55,706 bases of DNA, from the IMG/VR virus record IMGVR_UViG_3300007345_000047; one strand, written 5' to 3'. Below, piece after piece: positions 1-6,341 of this stretch. Numbering within the stretch: position 1 is the first letter of the stretch; every line of letters begins with the position of its first letter. This DNA is from a virus. The position numbers were made by a program, and so were the translations under genes. Below the pieces are notes generated by a model that was given only the letters and a program-made list of their open reading frames with translations, searched no databases and was not told the DNA's origin.

Positions 1-123
1 AGATCAGGGGGGTGCCCCCAGCAGCCAGCAGCAGCCAGCAGCCTGAGAGCCCCGCCAGGCGTGGCCTGTAGCCCTCCCAGCCAGCCACCAGCAGCCACCA
101 GCCAGCCCCGATCCGCTCCCAGC
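1..123. repeat. Terminal direct repeat / circularisation overlap, left copy
   Basis: Bases 1-123 recur exactly at 55584-55706, so the unit genome is 55583 bp. Confidence 0.95.
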
Positions 124-154
124 AGCCACCAGCCAGCCCCGATCCGCTCCCAGC
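93..154. repeat. Perfect tandem duplication of a 31-bp unit (agccaccagccagccccgatccgctcccagc)
   Basis: 93-123 equals 124-154, read directly. Confidence 0.95.
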
Positions 155-178
155 TGCTCCCAGCCACTGCGGCCACAG

Positions 179-227
<49 letters not shown>

Positions 228-426
228 TCGCGTTTTAAGGGAGCTGGGAGAGCTGCCAGCTGCCACCAGCAGCCCGCAGCGACCGACCAGTGTCTGACTG
301 ATGCCACAATCCCTGTAACAGACAACCATCAGACAACCCCAAGAGACACGCCACAAGCCCCATACCCTCTACCTCTATACCCCTTTATGTCTTAATGGGG
401 TATATAAGACATAGGCTACAGGCACA

Positions 427-447
427 GCTGCTGCTGCTGCTGCTGCT
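427..447. repeat. (GCT)7 trinucleotide microsatellite
   Basis: 7 uninterrupted gct units. Confidence 0.95.
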
Positions 448-597
448 ACAGCCCCAGCCACCAGCCCGCCCAGCTGGCGGTATACCCCCCTTCCGTCAGT
501 CATTCCAGACATCAGAATATTCCCAGTGTTTATGCGGGCTGTAGCCGGTCTGGCTCGGCACCCGTGTCTGGATGTGCCCGACACAGCAAATAATCGC

Positions 598-627
598 TTG
601 ACAGCGTAACGGATACGGGACTATGCT
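598..627 (+). promoter_or_regulatory. Sigma70-like early promoter candidate
   Basis: TTGACA (598-603), 18-bp spacer, TATGCT (622-627), just upstream of the first + strand start region. Confidence 0.4.
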
Positions 628-681
628 GCGAACGCAGCAACGGATTAACCAGCCCACAGGGCAAAACACAAGGAAAACGTA

Positions 682-768
682 ATGAATCAACAACTTAGAG
701 ACCACGGCATCAGCCTCCTGCTTATCGCAGCCCTTCTACTGGTACGCTTCGGAGGGGTCGCAGCATGA
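682..768 (+). CDS. Possible 28-aa hydrophobic leader peptide
   Basis: ATG 682 is preceded by ACAAGGA (668-674). The core is ISLLLIAALLLV. The TGA stop overlaps the ATG of the 765 gene (ATGA). Confidence 0.3.
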   Translation: MNQQLRDHGISLLLIAALLLVRFGGVAA

Positions 769-1532
769 ACGTACAATCACTGATAGCACGGGGCGCGATC
801 TTCTACTGCAGCACCAGCGGTGGCAAAGACAGTCAGGCGATGACAGCTCTTCTGGCACGCTTGATCCCTGCAGAGCAGCTGGTCTATGTGCACGCCAATC
901 TGGGTGAGGTCGAGTGGCACGGGGTGCAGGATCACATCAACGACACACTACCAGCCGGTGGTGAGCTAAACGTGGTCACGGCTAACTGGGCTGATGGCAC
1001 CGAGAAGACGCTGCTCGGCATGGTCGAGAATCGCGGTATGTGGCCGTCATCAGCCTACCGTCAGTGCACCAGCGACCTGAAGCGCAACCCGATCCAGAAG
1101 TTTATCCGCAGAGACCTGAAGGCACGCGGATCGAAGCTGGCCGTCAACTGCATGGGCATCCGATCCGAAGAATCCAAATCGAGAGCCAAGAACATCTCAG
1201 AGAAGTTCGTCGATGGCTGGAGGCTGGCCACTAAGGAGATGTGCGCGGCTGGCCGTGAAGTCTACGATTGGTATCCGCTCCACGACTGGTCAACTGAGAT
1301 GGTATTCGCCCAGATCAAGCGAGCTGGCCAGCAGCCACACTACGCATACGCCGAGGGCAACGAACGCCTAAGCTGCTGCTTCTGCATCATGGGCAGCAAA
1401 AACGACCTACGCAACGCCGCCCGTCTTCGCCCAGAGCTGGCAGCGAAGTACATCGCGCTGGAAGAGAAGATCGGCCACAGATTCACTGATAAGGCCACAC
1501 TGGCCGAACTGATAGCAACCGACGCGCAATAG
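765..1532 (+). CDS. PAPS reductase-like PP-loop ATP pyrophosphatase family protein
   Basis: N-terminal PP-loop FYCSTSGGKDSQAM and C-terminal Cys cluster ERLSCCFCIMG, typical of the PAPS reductase/DndC-like fold. Confidence 0.8.
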   Translation: MNVQSLIARGAIFYCSTSGGKDSQAMTALLARLIPAEQLVYVHANLGEVEWHGVQDHINDTLPAGGELNVVTANWADGTEKTLLGMVENRGMWPSSAYRQCTSDLKRNPIQKFIRRDLKARGSKLAVNCMGIRSEESKSRAKNISEKFVDGWRLATKEMCAAGREVYDWYPLHDWSTEMVFAQIKRAGQQPHYAYAEGNERLSCCFCIMGSKNDLRNAARLRPELAAKYIALEEKIGHRFTDKATLAELIATDAQ

Positions 1533-1592
1533 TCGAAACGGGGCGAGTCCCCGTCTGCAGGTCACGGCCTCCCTGCACTGATGAGACAGGCC
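1530..1592 (+). ncRNA. Type II hammerhead self-cleaving ribozyme, copy 1
   Basis: Order is UAGUC-GAAA, then stem III (ACGGGG/CCCCGU, loop CGAGU), then C1555 as cleavage site. Stem I follows (UGCAG 1556-1560 / CUGCA 1573-1577), then CUGAUGA (1578-1584), then GAC. The complete core is in the stem-II-open order. Confidence 0.85.
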
Positions 1593-1614
1593 AACAACTA
1601 CAAGGAATAAACGT

Positions 1615-2169
1615 ATGAACAAGTATCACTTCAATATTAAAGGATCAATGATCGACTCAGCCCGCGAGATACTAGGCGACCGAATGACAATGATCGGTAC
1701 GGGTGGAGGCTTCGATTATATTATGGTGCGATCCACCGAGAACCGTGACTTTGTGCTCTCCGGAGAGTGGTGCGATAGCTCGCCTGATTCGATGGATGAG
1801 TCCAGCAGCGTCTCGATCCAGAGGTGCAGCGCAGCAGAGTATGGCGAGTGGGATTGCGAGGGCTATGAGATCGCATTCGAGGGCACAGCCCAGCAGTGCC
1901 TGACATTTATGTCTATGCTCCCAGCTGTCTCTCTGGATGAGCGCAACGACGGCCTAGTGCGAGAGTTCGCCCAGATGTGCTCCGACCACTATCTGGAGAC
2001 GGGTGAAGACTTGCCCTATTCGACAGAGATGTTCGATGCCGACGGCACGAAGATCGTTAACCCGTGGATGGATGAGACCGGCAGATACCCCGTCGATCCC
2101 ACAGAGTACTACGGCATGGCATTCACAAAATGGTACGCGCCGACGCGAACCATTATGGGGAGTTTCTAA
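1615..2169 (+). CDS. Hypothetical protein (acidic)
   Basis: 184-aa ORF. The start is preceded by UACAAGGA (1599-1606). Confidence 0.6.
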   Translation: MNKYHFNIKGSMIDSAREILGDRMTMIGTGGGFDYIMVRSTENRDFVLSGEWCDSSPDSMDESSSVSIQRCSAAEYGEWDCEGYEIAFEGTAQQCLTFMSMLPAVSLDERNDGLVREFAQMCSDHYLETGEDLPYSTEMFDADGTKIVNPWMDETGRYPVDPTEYYGMAFTKWYAPTRTIMGSF

Positions 2170-2170
2170 T

Positions 2171-2356
2171 ATGAACCAGACTATATGGGTAACAATTGGG
2201 CATCAGTATGGGCGCGTCATCTACAAGCCAGCCAATGAGATCGCGAAGCTATTCGCAGATGTCGCTGGCACGCAGACTCTAACGCCCAATACCATCGCCC
2301 TGCTGAAGGCTGCAGGGTACACAATCAAAGTAGATCAACCGGAGGTGACAATATGA
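2171..2356 (+). CDS. Hypothetical protein (61 aa)
   Basis: ATG 2171 has GGGGAG 8 nt upstream. It is the in-frame tail of the listed ORF 2003..2356. Confidence 0.5.
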   Translation: MNQTIWVTIGHQYGRVIYKPANEIAKLFADVAGTQTLTPNTIALLKAAGYTIKVDQPEVTI

Positions 2357-2565
2357 TTATCGGAACTCTTATTGAAATGGCGCACACGTATGGCTTCCTC
2401 AATGCGGTAATGCTGCTGGCCGTGCTGGTCTGTCTCATTATCACGCTGATCGGGATGGTCACGGATCGCAGGGCTATGGAGCGGTTTCAGGCTGCGATGG
2501 CAACTAAGCGCGAGCAGCAGATGGTATGGGATCGCAACGAGTTCACAGATGAAATGATGAGTTGA
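2353..2565 (+). CDS. Small membrane protein
   Basis: GGAGG RBS and ATGA overlap with the upstream gene. One hydrophobic helix (FLNAVMLLAVLVCLIITLIGMV). Confidence 0.55.
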   Translation: MIIGTLIEMAHTYGFLNAVMLLAVLVCLIITLIGMVTDRRAMERFQAAMATKREQQMVWDRNEFTDEMMS

Positions 2566-2572
2566 GACTGTC

Positions 2573-2617
2573 GGTGACCTTCTAGCGAGGGTCACCCGCA
2601 GTAGCAATTCCGCTACT
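2573..2617 (+). promoter_or_regulatory. Conserved two-hairpin RNA motif, copy A
   Basis: Hairpin 1: GGTGACC-TTCTAGCGAG-GGTCACC (2573-2596). Hairpin 2: AGTAGC-AATTCC-GCTACT (2600-2617). The same architecture with different stem sequences occurs at 5344-5388. Confidence 0.5.
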
Positions 2618-2633
2618 TACAGGGAAACAAGTT

Positions 2634-3029
2634 ATGTCTAAGACAATTGAGCAGCAAATAGCAATAATCGAGAACGCATTAATGAGCCACTGCGAGGACT
2701 GTGTGAGCCGCCATGCAGAGCAGAGGCGAGTGGATAAAGCATTCGATGCACTCTGCAAACGGGCACTGCCATCAGGCCTGGCGAAAGCCTGGGACACAAA
2801 AAGCGAGCTCGAATTGACCGATCTATTAGAGTGGTACACCAGCGCAAATAGATTGCCGATGATGTCGGCAGATGAACTGCTTGCAGAGCTGCCAGACCTC
2901 GGGCTTACCGAGCGAGTGCAGGAATGCCACCGAGTGTGGCTGAACGCATTCTGTGAGGCGTGGGAGTTATTGGACGCGCCCAGCCAATCCGAAGAACTGA
3001 AGGCGGCCATACGCTGGATGAAGGTGTAG
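2634..3029 (+). CDS. Hypothetical protein
   Basis: 131-aa ORF. The start is preceded by UACAGGGA (2618-2625). Confidence 0.6.
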   Translation: MSKTIEQQIAIIENALMSHCEDCVSRHAEQRRVDKAFDALCKRALPSGLAKAWDTKSELELTDLLEWYTSANRLPMMSADELLAELPDLGLTERVQECHRVWLNAFCEAWELLDAPSQSEELKAAIRWMKV

Positions 3030-3094
3030 CCCAGACCGTCAATTAATGCTATAAAGCAATCCACACTCATTCATTTATTACAGGGAAAACAGTT

Positions 3095-3526
3095 ATGACA
3101 GCATTTACAGGTAAAATTGAAAACATCGAACGCATGGCCAGCAGCAGGAACGGCAACCCCCGCTACAAGTTCACCGTGGGCGGCCAGAGTGTCAAGCTGG
3201 CACCGGACAGCAGCTGGGGCTACTGCATCACCAACCTACGCAATCGCCACGTGACCGTAGAGGTCACGCCCCTACAGCATCTGGTTAAAAGCATCTGTGC
3301 TGCAGACCACTGGGAGGTCGAAGAGCTAGACGCATCTGGGGGATGGGAGAACAACTGGCACGATGAGACCGGCCAGCCCCAGACCTTCTCCACCAGAGGC
3401 GAAGCGCACGCAGAACTGGACGACCTGCTGGAGTCCGTGCAGCTGGCAGTGGCCGATGGTCACATGGCCGCAGAGTACAGCCGCGAAGATTACCGCGTAG
3501 TAATGGTCGGGGGGCGTGCAATATAG
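3095..3526 (+). CDS. Hypothetical protein
   Basis: 143-aa ORF. The start is preceded by UACAGGGA (3079-3086). Confidence 0.6.
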   Translation: MTAFTGKIENIERMASSRNGNPRYKFTVGGQSVKLAPDSSWGYCITNLRNRHVTVEVTPLQHLVKSICAADHWEVEELDASGGWENNWHDETGQPQTFSTRGEAHAELDDLLESVQLAVADGHMAAEYSREDYRVVMVGGRAI

Positions 3527-3586
3527 TCGAAACGGGGCGAGTCCCCGTCTGCAGATATCGGCCACCCTGCACTGATGAGACAGGCC
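3524..3586 (+). ncRNA. Type II hammerhead self-cleaving ribozyme, copy 2
   Basis: Same core and stems as copy 1: GAAAC 3529-3533, cleavage after C3549, CUGAUGA 3572-3578. It differs from copy 1 only at 4 loop-I positions. Confidence 0.85.
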
Positions 3587-3603
3587 ATTACACGGAGAAT
3601 GTT

Positions 3604-4332
3604 ATGAAGACAATCGAACTAATAGAACGCGCACCAATCTCGGAGGAGCTGAGAGCAGCCCTCCTTCCCGCAATAGCTAAGGCTGGCAAGTGGAGGGGGT
3701 CCCTGCTGGCCAACGCACCAGCCACCAATATCGCATGGCAGGTGCTGGTCGGTTTCGCTGCTCCAGCCCGCGTTAAGGTCTGGGGGATGATGGGCGAGAA
3801 CGCCGCACGATTCAATCACCTCGACGACCTAGCAGTGGCCAGCGGCATCAACTGGGCTAGAGCACTGAGCGCGACAGAGCCCTACGCACGCTGGAATGCC
3901 GATGGCCTAGATTTGGATCGCGATGCAATTCTGCGCGAGATCGAGCCGCACTTGCTACCAGCTAAGGCGACGGTAACTAAGAAGCGGGCGCATCCCTGCG
4001 TCGAGTTCCTAGATGTAGTGGCCGACGCACTGGCCGCTGGGTTCGGCGATATGCTGCACTTGGGGGAATTCAAAGACGATAGAGGCCATGACAAATTTAA
4101 GATAAAGCTGCTATGGGAGAACACTACTCTCAATGTGGTCATGGATAACAATGTGGCCGCGATCCGCGACCGTGCAGATCGCCTCGACCAGCAGATACGA
4201 GGTCATAAGGCCAAGGGAGAGGGCTCCACGCTAAAAGAGTACCGCAGGATGCGTAACTGGAAGCCCAGCTACAAAGTCGTGCCACTGAGCCCAGAGAGAG
4301 CCGCTGAGTGCGGCATGGAGATGGGGCTGTGA
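3604..4332 (+). CDS. Hypothetical protein
   Basis: 242-aa ORF. The start is preceded by UACACGGA (3589-3596). Confidence 0.6.
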   Translation: MKTIELIERAPISEELRAALLPAIAKAGKWRGSLLANAPATNIAWQVLVGFAAPARVKVWGMMGENAARFNHLDDLAVASGINWARALSATEPYARWNADGLDLDRDAILREIEPHLLPAKATVTKKRAHPCVEFLDVVADALAAGFGDMLHLGEFKDDRGHDKFKIKLLWENTTLNVVMDNNVAAIRDRADRLDQQIRGHKAKGEGSTLKEYRRMRNWKPSYKVVPLSPERAAECGMEMGL

Positions 4333-5333
4333 ACTACTATAACGAGTTCGACCCTTTCGCAGCCGCTTGGCTTGAAGAATTAATCAAAGACGGACTGATC
4401 CCAGCAGGGACAGTCGATCAGAGGAGCATTACCGATGTCAGACCCGAAGACCTTAAAGACTTTACCCAATGCCACTTTTTCGCAGGAATCGGCGGTTGGA
4501 GCTACGCACTCCAGCTTGCAGGATGGAGCCCCGATAGACCCGTCTGGACAGGATCACCCCCCTGCCAGCCTTTCTCAGTCGCAGGAAACCAAAAAGGTAA
4601 GGACGATCTTCGACACCTCTGGCCTGTCTTCTTCAATCTTATCCGCGAGTGTCAACCTGCAGTCGTTTTTGGTGAGCAGGTTGCCAGTGCGATTAGACAG
4701 TCTTGGTTCGACGATCTACAAACGGACATGGCGGCAGAAGGCTACGCCAGCGGATTGGCCGTACTGCCAGCTTGCAGCGTCGGTGCCCCGCACAAAAGGG
4801 AAAGACTCTTCTATGTCTCGGAGCGGATGGGCAACACCGAATACAATGGACGTACTGCCACTGAGGTCGGAAGAGGCTCTACGCAAGCAAGCGACAGGGG
4901 CGAGGAAGGGCAGGACGTTTCCAGCGAATCTACGGGAGCAGGTAGACCCTCGATCTCAGGAGATATACGCCGATGCGAGTTCTGTCCCCACGCCTACGAC
5001 GAAGAGCTTGGACGATACGGGTGCCCCAACTGTCTCGGTACAGGGTTGGACAACACCGAATACGCGGGACTGGAAGGACACAGCGGGGCAGTCAACGGAG
5101 GGGGAGGGCAACAGGCAGCGGATAGATCAAACGCCCAGGCAAGCGTTCCAGTTGATTGGAGCGATGTCTACTACCCCCGATTTAGGGACGGAAAATGCCG
5201 CCCAGTACCAACTGAATCCACGCTTTTCCCTTTGGCTCATGGGGTTCCCAACAGGGTGGGCATCCTGCGCGGAGCGGGTAACGCTATTGTCCCGCAAGTC
5301 GCAGCCGAAGTCATAAGGGCGTACATGGGCTGA
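4308..5333 (+). CDS. DNA (cytosine-5)-methyltransferase with internal zinc ribbon
   Basis: Motifs FAGIGG (I), PPCQPFS (IV), GEQV (VI), PHKRERLF (VIII), GAGNAIVPQV (X), plus CEFC-x12-CPNC. The start could instead be GTG 4329, which overlaps the upstream stop. Confidence 0.85.
   Translation: MRHGDGAVNYYNEFDPFAAAWLEELIKDGLIPAGTVDQRSITDVRPEDLKDFTQCHFFAGIGGWSYALQLAGWSPDRPVWTGSPPCQPFSVAGNQKGKDDLRHLWPVFFNLIRECQPAVVFGEQVASAIRQSWFDDLQTDMAAEGYASGLAVLPACSVGAPHKRERLFYVSERMGNTEYNGRTATEVGRGSTQASDRGEEGQDVSSESTGAGRPSISGDIRRCEFCPHAYDEELGRYGCPNCLGTGLDNTEYAGLEGHSGAVNGGGGQQAADRSNAQASVPVDWSDVYYPRFRDGKCRPVPTESTLFPLAHGVPNRVGILRGAGNAIVPQVAAEVIRAYMG
4435..5316 (+). other. 293-codon +1-frame ORF nested in the methyltransferase gene, with MTase-like motifs in its 3' half
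   Basis: Reads GWATPNTMD (4825-4851), GWTTPNTRDWKD (5044-5079) and LNPRFSLWLMGFPTGW (5212-5259). There is an in-frame ATG at 4813. The 5' part is low-complexity. Confidence 0.3.
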
Positions 5334-5343
5334 GAGCCTAACT

Positions 5344-5388
5344 GGGTAGTCTTCTCGCGAGGGCTACCCCTGATAGACTTTCCTATCA
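5344..5388 (+). promoter_or_regulatory. Conserved two-hairpin RNA motif, copy B
   Basis: Hairpin 1: GGGTAGTC-TTCTCGCGAG-GGCTACCC (5344-5369). Hairpin 2: TGATAG-ACTTTC-CTATCA (5371-5388). Confidence 0.5.
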
Positions 5389-5412
5389 ACTAGCATTTAC
5401 AAGGATAAAACT

Positions 5413-5802
5413 ATGAGCAATTACTTCTATAAATATAATGTGGCTCCGAAGGGTAAGAGAAGAGGCACCGTGAGATTCTTCAAAGCACTGTCGGACTGCA
5501 TCCAATTCGCAGAACTGCACGAGGGATCGCGACTAATGCACCGCAACCAAGTCGAGGGCGGCAGCGAGAGCCTGACCTGCACGCTCGACAGCCTGGATTC
5601 GGCCACACTAGGCACGTTCACCGACCGCGTGCAGCACGGATCGCGACCATCAGAACGGACAATCGATGTCTACGCGGAGGCGTACTCCTACGGATCGCAG
5701 GACAATGGCAAGCTGGTGGGTGTCATTTCCTGCTTTAAATTTGCCGACATCGATCAAATTCTAGCCACAAGGGGACTGTCCGATGTTATTTCTAACTCGT
5801 AA
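5413..5802 (+). CDS. Hypothetical protein
   Basis: 129-aa ORF. The start is preceded by UACAAGGAU (5398-5406). Confidence 0.6.
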   Translation: MSNYFYKYNVAPKGKRRGTVRFFKALSDCIQFAELHEGSRLMHRNQVEGGSESLTCTLDSLDSATLGTFTDRVQHGSRPSERTIDVYAEAYSYGSQDNGKLVGVISCFKFADIDQILATRGLSDVISNS

Positions 5803-5953
5803 GCCCCAACCAGGGCAGGATACAATACTCATAGGCGACAATATCCGCGTGGTTATACGCCGGATCGACGAGCACAATCAGGTACGGGTGGGCATCACAG
5901 CCCCGATAGAGATCAATATTGTCAGAGAGGAGATCGACAATCGTGGGAAATAA
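5783..5953 (+). CDS. csrA: CsrA/RsmA-family RNA-binding translational regulator homologue (56 aa)
   Basis: Not in the ORF track (too short). Own translation: MLFLTRKPQPGQDTILIGDNIRVVIRRIDEHNQVRVGITAPIEINIVREEIDNRGK. This aligns with CsrA MLILTRR..GE.L.IGD...V.V......QVR.G..AP....V.REEI. Confidence 0.8.
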   Translation: MLFLTRKPQPGQDTILIGDNIRVVIRRIDEHNQVRVGITAPIEINIVREEIDNRGK

Positions 5954-6140
5954 TCCGGATTACTACAGACTAGGCAACACCGTGTACGGTGCCAAGACGC
6001 GATGCAGTGACAGCCAGTGCGAGAGTAACTGCGTTTTTCCTGAGTGCTGCTGCGAGAAGAACGAGCATTCGACTGCAGCTGCAGCCGATAAAGCCGTGAA
6101 CTCTCTCAAGCTGCTGAAGAAGAAGGTCGAGATACTTTGA
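5943..6140 (+). CDS. Hypothetical Cys-rich small protein
   Basis: GTG 5943 has GAGGAG upstream; the track start is TTG 5919. The start is uncertain. Confidence 0.4.
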   Translation: MGNNPDYYRLGNTVYGAKTRCSDSQCESNCVFPECCCEKNEHSTAAAADKAVNSLKLLKKKVEIL

Positions 6141-6340
6141 TCTTCAAGCTGGCACGGGTGATCTTCGATGTCGTAGTGTTAACTACATCGAGCCCGTGCT
6201 CGCCGGAAATGGTACACTATCTACCATACGAGCCCGCCAATCCAGGGATAGTTAAGCTGGACGCACTACCAGATGGCGGGTGCATTATCCGATATAAGAC
6301 AGTGGACTTTAAGTTACCCGAAGACTGGGTGGGAGTATAA
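6137..6340 (+). CDS. Hypothetical protein
   Basis: ORF with a TTG start overlapping the upstream stop. Weak support. Confidence 0.3.
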   Translation: MIFKLARVIFDVVVLTTSSPCSPEMVHYLPYEPANPGIVKLDALPDGGCIIRYKTVDFKLPEDWVGV

Positions 6341-6341
6341 G

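Noticed and set aside
5366-5380. Third hammerhead suggested by CCCCTGATAGAC after the methyltransferase gene
   Set aside because: The sequence reads CUGAUAG rather than CUGAUGA. There is no GAAA/GUC partner arrangement nearby. The segment is better explained as part of the two-hairpin motif.
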